The notes under the pieces were generated by a model. The model saw only the letters and a list, made by a program, of their open reading frames with translations, ran no database searches and was not told the origin of the DNA. This document shows, piece after piece, positions 1 through 10,117 of a DNA stretch of 64,000 nt (position 1 is the first letter of the stretch; the number at the start of each line of letters is the position of its first letter). Origin of the DNA: Thermotogaceae bacterium (GTDB lineage Bacteria > Thermotogota > Thermotogae > B21-G9 > HyVt-16); the NCBI GenBank assembly GCA_029981435.1, contig JARRBB010000001.1:1691-65690 (forward strand), read 5' to 3'. The translations under genes were made by a program, and so were the position numbers.

Positions 1-460
1 TAGCCCAGACGGCTTTACCTATATCATGGAGTAAACCACATATAAAAAGTTCTTCTTTGTTAGGGTAATTTAACTTTTCGCCCAACAACTCAGAAAATAT
101 AGCAACATTTATTGAATGTTCCCAAAGTTTCTTCATATCTACTGAAGCGGTTTGATTTTTGAAAAGGCTCTCATAAACCATAACTCCAAGTGCCAGATTT
201 TTGATAGTCTTAAATCCAAGAATAGTAACCGCCTGTGATATCGAAGAAACTTTTCTTGGGAATCCATAATAAGCTGAGTTTGACAATTTCAGAACTTTTG
301 AACTTAAAGCCGGATCCATTGAAATGACCTTTGCCAGGTCAGCCGCTGATGACAAAGGATCATTTGCCACACTTATGACTTTCTGATGTATGAAATTTAA
401 AGTTGGAATATCGTTCAAGCTTTCTATTATTTTGATTATTTCTTCTCTATCTATAATCAA
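1..460 (-). CDS. HDOD domain signalling protein (C-terminal part of gene lies outside the window; start inside)
   Basis: Reverse-strand translation of 1..460 reads LIIDREEIIKIIESLNDIPTLNFIHQKVISVANDP...LHDIGKAVWA, the HDOD (HD-related output domain) pattern. A TTG start at 460-458 overlaps the stop of the upstream kinase gene. Not in the ORF track because it runs off the window edge. Confidence 0.6.
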   Translation of the reverse strand, partial: MIIDREEIIKIIESLNDIPTLNFIHQKVISVANDPLSSAADLAKVISMDPALSSKVLKLSNSAYYGFPRKVSSISQAVTILGFKTIKNLALGVMVYESLFKNQTASVDMKKLWEHSINVAIFSELLGEKLNYPNKEELFICGLLHDIGKAVWA

Positions 461-1995
461 TCACCTCTAACTGGAATGGTAAAGAAAAACTTCGAACCAT
501 CGTTAGGTTTACTTTCTACCCAGATTCTCCCAGCGTGTTTTTCAACGATGGTTTTGCATATCGCCAGCCCAAGACCTGTTCCACTGACTTCATTTGTTAA
601 ATAGCTGTTTACTCTGAAAAAGCGTTCAAAAATCTTTTCTTTCAAATCTTCTGGAATTCCTATACCGTTGTCTTCTACTATTACGGTTATTTCATTTTCA
701 TTCCTTTCCAAAGATACCTTTACAAATCTCTTGTTTTTATTTTTATCACTGTATTTTATACCGTTTTCTATTAAGTTCGTTAGTACCTGCCTTATTCTGT
801 TTTTATCAGCTTCCACTGTTACAGGTTGTGTTTCTTCGAAAATAAGTTCAACGCCTCTGGATGAAGCAAATTCTTGAAGAGAAACTATTAAATCTTTACA
901 TAATTTTGTGATATCGAATTCCTCTTTATTCAATTCAAACATTTCGCTTTCCATCTTTGAGAAGTCAGTTAACTCACTTACCAGTTGCTCAAGATGTTCA
1001 GATTGTTCAAGAATTGTTTTAAGAAAGCTTGAGAGTGTTTCGCTGTCAAGTTCATCAATAGAATCAATTATCGTTTCTGAATAGGCTTTTATTGCAGCAA
1101 TTGGAGTTTTGAGTTCGTGAGAGATTGTGGCTATAAACTGATTTTTCATTTCATCAATTTTTCTCAGCCTATCCAATTCGTGTGAACTCGTTATATCTCT
1201 CAAAATAACCATAACCTGGTCCTGAAAATTGAAATACACGGGAAATGTTGTTATAGAGTAAAAAACAGATTTTCCATCGGCTAAATCTTCGAATTCCAAA
1301 ATTTGAGATTCAGAAGTTTCCAGAGTCTTCGATACAAGTTTTTTTATAGTGTTCACAACTTCCTCGGACAGTTTCTGAGAGGTTTTGAATTTTTTGTTTT
1401 CAAAAGTTGTTTTTAAACCTTTATCGTAAACAGCTATTTCATAGTCCATTGAATCGAGAATGGTTTGCATGTATTCGTAGAGATTCTCAAGGATTTCATT
1501 TTTCTTCTGAAGTTGTTCGTAGAGTGAAACACTTTCGAGAACCATGGAAGTCTGAAACTTCAAAAAGTTAAATATATCGATATCCTCTTGCCTTATAGAA
1601 TCTACAGAATTACTCAATTCAACAACTAAAAGACCAAGGATTTTTGGATTTTTATTCAATGGAATGAACAAAAAGTTACTTTTTCCAATACTCTGTATGC
1701 CTGGAAGACCTCTTTTTATTATCCATAGTGCGAGATCATAGAACTCATTTTCATCGATGGATAAATCGTCTGAAAGACTTATAAATTCAAGCTTGTTTTC
1801 AAGGGTTTCGTTATATCTCAAATAAGCAAAATTTTTTATTTCAACAAGGTTGTTCAACGTTTTTAGTAAGGCATTATAGACGTCTAATGACGTTTTGACG
1901 CTCATCATATTCTTTGTAAAAGAGGACATAACGATGAGTAACTTTTCGGAATAAGAAATAGTCTTTTCAGTCATGAAAGGATTTTCATCCTCCAA
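457..1995 (-). CDS. Cytoplasmic sensor histidine kinase (PAS/GAF-like N-terminus, HisKA, HATPase_c); no transmembrane segment and no adjacent response regulator
   Basis: 512-aa ORF with H-box ATISHELKTPIAAI, N-box NLIENGIKYS, G-boxes DNGIGIP and GTGLGLAICK. The start could be TTG at 1995 or an internal ATG near 1974. Confidence 0.8.
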   Translation of the reverse strand: MEDENPFMTEKTISYSEKLLIVMSSFTKNMMSVKTSLDVYNALLKTLNNLVEIKNFAYLRYNETLENKLEFISLSDDLSIDENEFYDLALWIIKRGLPGIQSIGKSNFLFIPLNKNPKILGLLVVELSNSVDSIRQEDIDIFNFLKFQTSMVLESVSLYEQLQKKNEILENLYEYMQTILDSMDYEIAVYDKGLKTTFENKKFKTSQKLSEEVVNTIKKLVSKTLETSESQILEFEDLADGKSVFYSITTFPVYFNFQDQVMVILRDITSSHELDRLRKIDEMKNQFIATISHELKTPIAAIKAYSETIIDSIDELDSETLSSFLKTILEQSEHLEQLVSELTDFSKMESEMFELNKEEFDITKLCKDLIVSLQEFASSRGVELIFEETQPVTVEADKNRIRQVLTNLIENGIKYSDKNKNKRFVKVSLERNENEITVIVEDNGIGIPEDLKEKIFERFFRVNSYLTNEVSGTGLGLAICKTIVEKHAGRIWVESKPNDGSKFFFTIPVRGD

Positions 1996-3191
1996 AATAA
2001 TTCAAAATTTTAAAAAGAACCATGCTTAAAACCGCAGCTGTGGGAACTGTTAAGAACCAAGAGAAGAATATGTTTTTCAAAACACTCAAATTTATGGCTT
2101 CTATCCCTCTTGCAAGTCCAACACCGACAACCGCACCAACAACGGTATGGGTTGTGGAAACAGGTAATCCAAGAACGGAAGCAACCAGAACAATAGTTGC
2201 TGTAGAAAAGTCTATTGAGAAACCTCTTGTGTTGGTTAATGCTGTTATTCCTTCACCAACTGTTTTCATCACTCTGCTTCCCCACAAAGCAACACCAACA
2301 GCTATTCCTAATCCACCTATTACCAGTATCAATCGTGGGACCGGCACTTTAGAGCTGAGTGACATCCCTTTATAGACAGCATATATAGCAGCAACGGGTC
2401 CTATTGCATTTGCAACATCGTTTGCACCATGGGCAAGTGCGACATAACAGGATGTTACAACTTGCATATTCTTGAATATTTTTTCCACCTCGTTGTATTC
2501 ATCTCCCAGAACCCTTCTTTTTTTCAGCCTTGAATATATAAATAAACTTGAAACAATGAAAACTAACACTGCGATTATCAAACCAGTCATTATGGAACCT
2601 TTAAGGACTTTTACTACAAATGAAAGCGCGATTATCATAAAAGCTGCTCCGATGAACCAGGGACCATATTTTTTAGCATTCTTGAAAGGCTTATCCGAGT
2701 GTAGAATCAGAAATGATATCAGCTTGAACACAACAAAAGATACCAGCAGACCTGCAACAGGCGATAAAATCCAGCTTATGGTTATTATAAGTATTTTGAG
2801 CCAATCGAACCACACTCCAACCGGCAACAGCGATTCCAAATCCTGCCATTGCTCCGACTATTGAATGGGTTGTGGAAACTGGTAACCCAAAATAAGTGGC
2901 TATGAAGATCCAGATTGCTGTTGCAATAAGGGCACTGAAAGCTCCTAACATGAAAGCATTGGGATCGTTAACTTTTGCTGGGTCAACTATACCTTTTCTA
3001 ATTGTTTCGGTAACATGGGCACCAAATATCGCAGCGCCAGCAAATTCCAGTATCGCTGCTATTATAACTGCTTGTTTTATATTTATTGCTCTAGCACCTA
3101 CAGCAGTTGCCATCGAATTGGCAACATCGTTTGCACCAATTGACACAGCGACTATGAAGCCTACAATCCCGCCAAGCAACAGTATGTTCAT
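1985..3191 (-). pseudogene. pit: PiT-family inorganic phosphate transporter (PHO4) interrupted by a single-nucleotide frameshift
   Basis: Two overlapping minus-strand ORFs in different frames (2691..3191 and 1985..2839). Each carries one of the two PiT repeat signatures (GANDVAN..., VSTTHS/TVVGA). The N-terminal ORF reads true PiT sequence to ...AGWSVV, then low-complexity junk. The other frame continues with WFDWLKILIITISWILSPVAG..., as an intact PiT would. The shift falls around 2810-2840. Confidence 0.6.
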
Positions 3192-3207
3192 TTATTATGT
3201 CACCTGC

Positions 3208-3876
3208 CTATTTTTTTAATATTGATGGGATCATATCTATAACGTTTTGAGAAACATCGGCTATTTTCGAAATAGTAAGAACAAGGTTTCTCAAGAACAT
3301 CAAATCAACAGGGTTATAATTCTCTTTGTTTGAATATATCCATTTTCCTATTTCAAGAGTTATTTCATCTACCTTATCTTCTAACCCTTCCACTTTTTCC
3401 ATTTCGAATTTCTCAGCTTCAATTTCTTTTTGGGAGAAATCCGAAATGAATATTCTCTCGAGCCTTTTTACACCATCTTCGAAAACGTCCACAGCGTTTT
3501 GAACTTCATTTACCAGCTCTGTGAGCATGTTTTTCAGTTCATCAGGCATTTCAAAACTATTCAAATACATTAATTTGGCAGTATCTTCCATTAGATCTAT
3601 TATCTTGTCCTGATTATGAATGTATAAAACTATGGCAGATCTTTCAAAGGGGGTTAAATGATAACTATCAAGAGAACCTTTCAATTTTTCTTTGACTTTA
3701 TCTGCTTCTCTTTCTAACAATGTTATTTCCTTGACTATATCGTCTATATTTTCGTGTTCAAAATAAACCTTTATTAATTCTGGGAATTTCATCGCGGCTT
3801 TTTCTATGATTTGAGCGTGTTTGACTATGGGTTCAACTATTTTAACATCTGGGAGCAACTTCTTGAATATTGCCAT
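3208..3876 (-). CDS. DUF47 / PhoU-like Pit accessory protein (TIGR00153 family)
   Basis: 222 aa with LLEREADKVKEKL...LTPFERSAIV, the typical DUF47 pattern. It sits directly upstream of pit in the same orientation (the classic DUF47-Pit pair). RBS GGAGGGA upstream of the ATG. Confidence 0.7.
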   Translation of the reverse strand: MAIFKKLLPDVKIVEPIVKHAQIIEKAAMKFPELIKVYFEHENIDDIVKEITLLEREADKVKEKLKGSLDSYHLTPFERSAIVLYIHNQDKIIDLMEDTAKLMYLNSFEMPDELKNMLTELVNEVQNAVDVFEDGVKRLERIFISDFSQKEIEAEKFEMEKVEGLEDKVDEITLEIGKWIYSNKENYNPVDLMFLRNLVLTISKIADVSQNVIDMIPSILKK

Positions 3877-3986
3877 CTGTTATCCCTCCTTTTTTATATG
3901 AATAGAATCGTATATAATATACCATAGATACACAATTCGTTCGAAAAAAGAAAATTCTGTTGAATTTTAATGAAAGAGGGGGAAAT

Positions 3987-4727
3987 ATGGATATAAAAAC
4001 AGGCAGGAATTTCTTACGATCAAATTGGGAAAAGCATACTCAGTTTGTCTCAGATCAGCAAAAAGGTCTTCCTCAGCCACCTCTTGAGAAACCTTTCGAT
4101 TCGGATTCGAAACTGTACGATTTAGTTTCAACGGATATGATAAATCTCGGTGAGGTTTCTTTAAAAGAAGTTATCGCCAAGAGAAGAAGCAGAAGGAAAT
4201 TTAAGGATATTCCTCTGAATCTGAAAGAATTGTCTTTTCTCTTATGGGCTACACAGGGAGTTAAAGAGATAATAAGGAATGGCTACGCAACTTTAAGAAC
4301 CGTTCCATCTGCCGGTGCACGCCATCCTTTTGAAACATATCTTGTAGTTCACAATGTTGAGAGGTTACCTAAAGGACTTTATAGATATCTTCCAATAGAG
4401 CATAAGCTGTTGCTTATAAAAGAGAAAGATTTAAAGGAAAAAATAATAGATGCCTGTCTTGGTCAGCGCTTTGTTGGTGAATGTGCTGTAACTTTTATCT
4501 GGACTGCTATACCATATAGAACAGAGTGGAGGTATTCTATACTATCGCATAAGGTAATATTACTTGATGCTGGACATGTATGTCAGAATCTATATTTGGC
4601 CAGCGAAGCTATAAATTGTGGTACATGCGCAATAGGAGCTTATGATCAGCAAAAAATCGATGAATTGCTTGGTGTGGATGGCCATGATGAATTAACAGTT
4701 TATATAGCGCCTGTTGGAAAAATCTGA
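3987..4727 (+). CDS. SagB-type dehydrogenase / nitroreductase-family protein
   Basis: Nitroreductase-like motifs RRSRRKF and PSAGARHP. I moved the start to ATG 3987 (the track ORF starts at 3960), preceded by RBS AGAGGGGG. Confidence 0.65.
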   Translation: MDIKTGRNFLRSNWEKHTQFVSDQQKGLPQPPLEKPFDSDSKLYDLVSTDMINLGEVSLKEVIAKRRSRRKFKDIPLNLKELSFLLWATQGVKEIIRNGYATLRTVPSAGARHPFETYLVVHNVERLPKGLYRYLPIEHKLLLIKEKDLKEKIIDACLGQRFVGECAVTFIWTAIPYRTEWRYSILSHKVILLDAGHVCQNLYLASEAINCGTCAIGAYDQQKIDELLGVDGHDELTVYIAPVGKI

Positions 4728-4781
4728 GTTTTCTGTAATCTTGCTTTCGTGCTATCATTAAAAAGTCTGGAGGTGTTGGGA

Positions 4782-5057
4782 ATGAATGAACTACCTGTTA
4801 AAACCGTTATGGCGATAGTGGTAGCTAACAGAAAGGAAGTTTCAACTAAGGTCCAGCAGATACTGACAGGCTGGGGATGCCTTATAAAAACAAGACTTGG
4901 TCTCCATGATGGAGTGGCTGATAACTGCTCTGATGTTGGTTTGATAATACTTGAGTTAGTTGGTGATGAGTCACAGCACGAAGAGCTGTGCAGAAAGTTG
5001 AACCTTATAAAAGGTGTAAAAGCAAAGTATATGACTTTGAATCTCGACGAAGAATAG
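4782..5057 (+). CDS. Small ACT-like protein resembling the TM1266 family (putative iron-only hydrogenase system regulator)
   Basis: About 91 aa after moving the start to ATG 4782 (RBS GGAGGTG 7 nt upstream). Pattern VMAIVVANRKEV...ILTGWG...GLIILELVGD...L.KLNLIKGVKAKYMTL matches the TM1266-like ACT fold from memory only. Confidence 0.4.
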   Translation: MNELPVKTVMAIVVANRKEVSTKVQQILTGWGCLIKTRLGLHDGVADNCSDVGLIILELVGDESQHEELCRKLNLIKGVKAKYMTLNLDEE

Positions 5058-5101
5058 ACTTTTTAAGAGTTCAGAAAAAATAAATAAAGGGAGGGATTGA
5101 T

Positions 5102-5662
5102 TTGCAAAAGCATCCCATACTTAAAGATGCTGATTCAAAAATGAAAAAGAGTGTTCTGGCAATCGAAGAAGAATTAAAACATCTGAGAACAGGAAGACCT
5201 TCACCCGCAGTTTTAGAAGAGATAAAAGTCGATTATTATGGTACACCGACTCCAATAAACCAACTTTCAACTATAACTGTTGGAAATGACAGATCGCTGA
5301 CAATAAAGCCTTGGGATAAAAATATGTTGAAGCCAATAGAAAAGGCTATATTGGCTTCTGATCTTGGATTGAATCCCATAAACGATGGTACTACTTTGAA
5401 ACTTGTTTTTCCAACACCAACCACAGAACAAAGGCAGAAGTGGGTGAAAAAGGCCAAAGATATCGTTGAACAAGGAAAAATCGCCGTTAGAAATGTTAGA
5501 AGAGAATCGATCAAGGATGTTAAAAAAATGCAAAATGAAGGAACTATATCTGAAGATGATGCAAGAAGGCTGGAAGACGAGATTCAAAAAATAACTGACG
5601 AACATATAAAAGAACTCGATAAGATTTTTGAAAATAAGGAAAAGGAGATAATGGAATTTTGA
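5102..5662 (+). CDS. frr: Ribosome recycling factor
   Basis: 186 aa with canonical RRF sequence ([28 protein letters not shown]...). TTG start after RBS AAGGGAGGG. Confidence 0.93.
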   Translation: MQKHPILKDADSKMKKSVLAIEEELKHLRTGRPSPAVLEEIKVDYYGTPTPINQLSTITVGNDRSLTIKPWDKNMLKPIEKAILASDLGLNPINDGTTLKLVFPTPTTEQRQKWVKKAKDIVEQGKIAVRNVRRESIKDVKKMQNEGTISEDDARRLEDEIQKITDEHIKELDKIFENKEKEIMEF

Positions 5663-6375
5663 TAATTGAGAAGATTCCAACTCACGTTGCGATAATAATG
5701 GATGGAAACGGTAGATGGGCACGTTCAAAAGGCCTACCGAGAACAGAGGGACACAAAGCTGGAACTGAGGTTGCTGAGAAAACTATAAGGTGGGCTTATG
5801 AACTGGGGATAAAATATCTCACACTTTATACTTTTTCAACCGAAAACTGGAAAAGACCAAGAGAAGAAGTAAATTTTCTGTTCGATTTGTTTGCGGATTT
5901 CGTGACACGGAAAATACCAGAAGTTAAAAAAGAAGGGGTGAGATTGAGATTCATCGGGAGATTGGAGCAACTTCCTGAAAAGGTTTTAAAGGTTTGTAAA
6001 GTGGCAGAAGAAGAGACGAAGGGGAACAGCAATATAAACGTGCAGGTTGCCCTAAATTACGGTGGAAGAGCAGAGTTATGTGATACTATTTCACGTATAA
6101 TCGAAGACTTTAAAAAAGGAAAGGTTGATCTGCCTATTACAGAAGAAACTGTCAGTAAATACCTGTACACTGCAGATATTCCAGATCCTGATTTAATAGT
6201 GCGAACCGCGAATGAAAAGCGACTGAGTAATTTTCTCATATGGCAGGCGGCCTATGCTGAGTATTATTTTGTAGATAAATTCTGGCCTGACTTTTCAAAA
6301 GAAGATCTTGTAGCAGCTGTTGAAGAGTATAACAAGAGGATTAGAAAGTTTGGTGCGGTGATAGAAAATGAGTGA
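5659..6375 (+). CDS. uppS: Undecaprenyl diphosphate synthase
   Basis: [13 protein letters not shown] and other cis-prenyltransferase motifs. Overlaps the frr stop. Confidence 0.93.
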   Translation: MIIEKIPTHVAIIMDGNGRWARSKGLPRTEGHKAGTEVAEKTIRWAYELGIKYLTLYTFSTENWKRPREEVNFLFDLFADFVTRKIPEVKKEGVRLRFIGRLEQLPEKVLKVCKVAEEETKGNSNINVQVALNYGGRAELCDTISRIIEDFKKGKVDLPITEETVSKYLYTADIPDPDLIVRTANEKRLSNFLIWQAAYAEYYFVDKFWPDFSKEDLVAAVEEYNKRIRKFGAVIENE

Positions 6376-7192
6376 AACGAAGGTTAGAGTTATTACTGCT
6401 GCTGTAGTAGCTCCTTTCGTGGTTCTTTGTTTTCTGTCTTATTCTTCTTTTATAGGATTGGTGGCCACAGTAGCCCTTTTAGCAAGTTATGAGCTTTTAA
6501 AAATGTCTGTAGGTAATTCTTACAGAACCGTTAGGAGATTGATAATAAATGGCCTGATAACACTTTCAAGCATATTGTTTGGCTATTTTGTTGATGTACC
6601 GATTTACGTTTTTATGGTATACACATCTATTACGATTATCATAGGTCTCGTATCGATAATTGGTGAACCTAAGGATTTTCTGATATTCGCAACGAATGGA
6701 GTTTTTACCCTATATTATGTTTCCTTCAGTTTATCCATGTTTTTGCCAATATACAGATTTTTTGGTCCTTTGCATGCTCTGTTGATATTATCGAGTGGCT
6801 GGATTTTTGATACCTTCGCCTATTTCGTAGGATCGAGATTTGGAAAGACGAAAATAAGCAAAAGAATTAGTCCTAATAAATCTCTTGAAGGAGTATTCGG
6901 TGGGTTATTTGGTGTTTTTTTGTATGTTCTGCTTTATGATTTTCTGTCCAAAATTTTGTTCGAGTTTGATATAATGAACATTTCCCAGATGGTTGTTTTC
7001 AGTATAGGTTTTTCTTTTTTGCATACCGTTGGAGATATATTTGAATCAGCTATAAAGAGAAACTATGGTTATAAAGATTCAGGTGCAATACTACCGGGCC
7101 ACGGTGGCATGCTCGATAGAATAGATGGTTTATTGTTCTCAGTCCCCGGCTATCTCATTTTTCTAATAATATTCAAAGGTTTAGGAGGATGA
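6368..7192 (+). CDS. cdsA: Phosphatidate cytidylyltransferase
   Basis: Polytopic membrane protein with the C-terminal CTP-transferase signature KRNYGYKDSGAILPGHGGMLDRIDG. Conserved frr-uppS-cdsA order. Confidence 0.9.
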   Translation: MSETKVRVITAAVVAPFVVLCFLSYSSFIGLVATVALLASYELLKMSVGNSYRTVRRLIINGLITLSSILFGYFVDVPIYVFMVYTSITIIIGLVSIIGEPKDFLIFATNGVFTLYYVSFSLSMFLPIYRFFGPLHALLILSSGWIFDTFAYFVGSRFGKTKISKRISPNKSLEGVFGGLFGVFLYVLLYDFLSKILFEFDIMNISQMVVFSIGFSFLHTVGDIFESAIKRNYGYKDSGAILPGHGGMLDRIDGLLFSVPGYLIFLIIFKGLGG

Positions 7193-7195
7193 TGT

Positions 7196-9826
7196 ATGAA
7201 ATACATGAGTGGTAGAGAAATCAGAAGTTCGTTTCTGAAATTTTTTGAACAAAAAGGCCATACAATACTTCCAAGCGCTTCTCTTATACCTGAAGACCCG
7301 CAGTTGTTGTTTACAATAGCAGGGATGGTTCCTTTTAAACCAATATTCTGGGGAAAAGTGAAACCAACTTATACGAGGATAGCAACTGTTCAGAAATGTT
7401 TGAGAACTCTCGATATAGAGGAAGTTGGCAGGACACCGAGACATCACACTTTCTTTGAAATGCTGGGGAATTTTTCTTTTGGGGATTATTTTAAAAAGGA
7501 AGCCATAGAATATGCCTGGGAATATGTAACAGAGGTTCTTGAGATCCCTGAAGAGAGACTCTGGGTATCTGTTTACGAAGAAGATGAAGAAGCCTTCAAT
7601 ATATGGAAAAAATTTATTGGTCTTCCGGAAAGAAAAATAATAAAAATGGGCAAAGAAGATAATTTCTGGGGTCCAGCCGGTCCTACTGGTCCGTGCGGAC
7701 CAGATACGGAGATATTTTTTGATACAGGTAGAACCGATTTGTGCAATAAAAGTCCAGATGATTGTGATCCTTCCTGTGATTGTGGAAGGTTTGTGGAAAT
7801 CTGGAATCTCGTTTTTACTGAATTTTATCAGGATGAGAATGGTGAATTACATCCACTGCCACGAAAAAACATAGATACAGGCGCTGGTTTAGAAAGGTTA
7901 GCAGCAGCTATTCAAGGTGTATATTCAAATTTCGAAACGGATCTGTTTAAACCAATAATAAAGGTTATAGAAAAAATCACAGGAAAAGAATACGGTAAAA
8001 GTGAGAAAAATGATGTATCTATAAGGGTTGTTGCCGATCATTCAAGAGCGATAACCGCATTGATTTCAGATGGAGTGTTTCCATCGAATGAAGGTAGAGG
8101 ATATGTTTTGAGAAGAATCATAAGAAGAGCTTCGAGACACGGCTGGCTTTTGGGCAAAAAAGAACCTTTTATATTTAAAATAGTTCCAGCAGTGGTTGAA
8201 GAACTTGGAGATGTATATCCAGAGATGAAAGAACAGCAAAATCTTGTTGAAAAAATAACAAAAGCAGAAGAAGAGAGATTTCTTGAAAGATTGGAACAAG
8301 GAATTAAAATGCTTGATGAAGTAATCAAAAATACTACCAGAAAAATAGGTGGTAAGGATGTTTTTAAACTTTACGATACCTATGGTTTTCCACCCGAACT
8401 TACCCTGGAAATAGCGAAAGAATATTCCCTCGATGTCGACATGGAAAGGTTTAAAGAAGAAATGGAGAAACAAAAAGAACGTGCCAGAACGGCAAGAGGT
8501 GAGCTTGAGTTTACCAAGCTCGAGGGTGTGTACAGGGAGATCGAAAACAGGATAGGAAAAGTAGAATTCACAGGATATACCAAATTTGAAGACGAGGCTG
8601 ATTTGGAATTCATAATAAAAGATAATCAAATAATTTCGCAGGCTTTAGAAAATGAAACAGTTGAATTTGTAACCACAAAGACTCCATTTTACGCTGAAAA
8701 AGGTGGACAAATATCGGATACTGGAAAAATATACAATGAAGATTTCGAAGCACAAGTTATCCATGTTACCAATCCATACAACGATATAATTATTCACAAG
8801 GTGAAAATACTCAGAGGCAAAGCAGAAGTTGGTAAAAAGGTTAAGATGGTTATAGATAAAGATAAAAGACTTGCCACAACGCGTGCTCATACTGCAACAC
8901 ACCTTTTGCACAAAGCTCTCAAAGAAGTTTTAGGAGAACACGTTAATCAAGCAGGTTCGCTGGTTGATGTTGATAAATTACGATTTGACTTCACTCATTA
9001 CGAAGCCATTGATACAAAAAATTTGGCAAAAATAGAAGAGATCATAAACAGAAAAATACTGGAATCTTTGCCAGTGGAGATAGACTACAAATCTTTGAAT
9101 GAAGCTCAGAAAGAAGGTGCTATTGCTTTATTTGAGGAAAAATACGGGGATACTGTAAGAGTAGTTAAAATCGACGACTATTCAAAAGAACTCTGTGGCG
9201 GAACACACGTTAATAATACGTCTCAAATAGGTTTGTTTAAAATAATCTCTGAGGAGTCTATATCTGCGGGTGTGAGAAGAATTGAGGCTCTGACAGGATT
9301 GGAAGCTTACAGATTTGTAAATAAGGCATCCGAGTTGCTGGATTCGATTTCTGCTTTCTTAGAAATTGAGAAAACCAGAATCCTCGAAAAAATACAGAGT
9401 TTGCTGAATGAAAATAAAGAACTTAGAAAAACAGTTAGAGAACTCCAAATGAAGAACTTGAACAGTAATCTTGATGAAATAATATCCAGAGCTCGAGTTG
9501 TAGGTGATGTAAAACTGATTGAAATGGTTTTCGATGATTTCGATAATTCAGTGCTTCGCGATACTATCGATAAAATATCCAGTAAAGTACAGAATAGTGT
9601 AGTGTTGGCTTTCAACAAAAAAACTGATAGTAACGTTTCAGTTATGGTGAAAATCTCTAAAAATCTCACAGATAGATTTAAAGCAAGTGAAGTTGCAAAA
9701 TTTCTCGCACAGATACTTGGTGGTGGCGGTGGTGGAAGGTCTGATTTTGCACAAGCAGGCGGAAAATATCCCAATAAAATTGAAGAGGCCATAAAAGCGG
9801 TTGAGGAATTTTTGAAAACGAAGTGA
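7196..9826 (+). CDS. alaS: Alanine--tRNA ligase
   Basis: 876 aa with N-terminal class II motifs (FTIAGMVPFKP, FFEMLGNFSFGDYFK), the editing domain HTATHLLH, and a C-terminal GGGGGRSDFAQAGG motif. Confidence 0.97.
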   Translation: MKYMSGREIRSSFLKFFEQKGHTILPSASLIPEDPQLLFTIAGMVPFKPIFWGKVKPTYTRIATVQKCLRTLDIEEVGRTPRHHTFFEMLGNFSFGDYFKKEAIEYAWEYVTEVLEIPEERLWVSVYEEDEEAFNIWKKFIGLPERKIIKMGKEDNFWGPAGPTGPCGPDTEIFFDTGRTDLCNKSPDDCDPSCDCGRFVEIWNLVFTEFYQDENGELHPLPRKNIDTGAGLERLAAAIQGVYSNFETDLFKPIIKVIEKITGKEYGKSEKNDVSIRVVADHSRAITALISDGVFPSNEGRGYVLRRIIRRASRHGWLLGKKEPFIFKIVPAVVEELGDVYPEMKEQQNLVEKITKAEEERFLERLEQGIKMLDEVIKNTTRKIGGKDVFKLYDTYGFPPELTLEIAKEYSLDVDMERFKEEMEKQKERARTARGELEFTKLEGVYREIENRIGKVEFTGYTKFEDEADLEFIIKDNQIISQALENETVEFVTTKTPFYAEKGGQISDTGKIYNEDFEAQVIHVTNPYNDIIIHKVKILRGKAEVGKKVKMVIDKDKRLATTRAHTATHLLHKALKEVLGEHVNQAGSLVDVDKLRFDFTHYEAIDTKNLAKIEEIINRKILESLPVEIDYKSLNEAQKEGAIALFEEKYGDTVRVVKIDDYSKELCGGTHVNNTSQIGLFKIISEESISAGVRRIEALTGLEAYRFVNKASELLDSISAFLEIEKTRILEKIQSLLNENKELRKTVRELQMKNLNSNLDEIISRARVVGDVKLIEMVFDDFDNSVLRDTIDKISSKVQNSVVLAFNKKTDSNVSVMVKISKNLTDRFKASEVAKFLAQILGGGGGGRSDFAQAGGKYPNKIEEAIKAVEEFLKTK

Positions 9827-9832
9827 TGAAGG

Positions 9833-10114
9833 ATGACAGTAGGTGTTTTAAAGGTAACACTTAGACTATTTGGAATCAATTCTTTGAAAGAAAAAAGAAG
9901 TGTTATAAAGCATCTAATATCACAAATTTCAAATAAGTACAATGTATCAATTATAGAGAGTGATAATCAGGATTCCAAAGTCTGGGCTTCAATTGCAGTG
10001 GCAATGGTACGAAATTCTAAGGATCAGGTCGAAAAAACTATGGATTCTCTGGTTGATCTTATTGAAGAGCGTATGGGGATTGAAATATCCTCTGAAGAGA
10101 GAGAGGTGTATTGA
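9833..10114 (+). CDS. DUF503 (YlxP-like) protein
   Basis: 93 aa. The pattern L.V.L.L....SLKEKRSV...L......YNVS..E.D.QD..VWA.I.VA.V matches DUF503. Confidence 0.6.
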   Translation: MTVGVLKVTLRLFGINSLKEKRSVIKHLISQISNKYNVSIIESDNQDSKVWASIAVAMVRNSKDQVEKTMDSLVDLIEERMGIEISSEEREVY

Positions 10115-10117
10115 AAA

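Noticed and set aside
2022-3219. Plus-strand ORFs (2022..2375, 2472..2864, 2896..3219) opposite the PiT gene
   Set aside because: They are antisense to a clear PiT coding sequence. Their Pro/Thr/Ala-rich translations are the usual mirror of a hydrophobic membrane protein.
3960-3986. Upstream extension of the SagB-like ORF (track start at 3960)
   Set aside because: ATG 3987 has a strong AGAGGGGG RBS at ideal spacing. The upstream codons overlap that RBS, so the shorter start is preferred.
5236-5728. Minus-strand ORFs overlapping frr and uppS
   Set aside because: Antisense to well-conserved frr and uppS, with no independent support.
8038-8911. Several minus-strand ORFs (96-187 aa) inside the alaS coding region
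   Set aside because: They are antisense to a confidently identified, uninterrupted alaS gene. They have low-complexity, stop-poor AT-rich frames and no RBS or motifs, and are treated as spurious.
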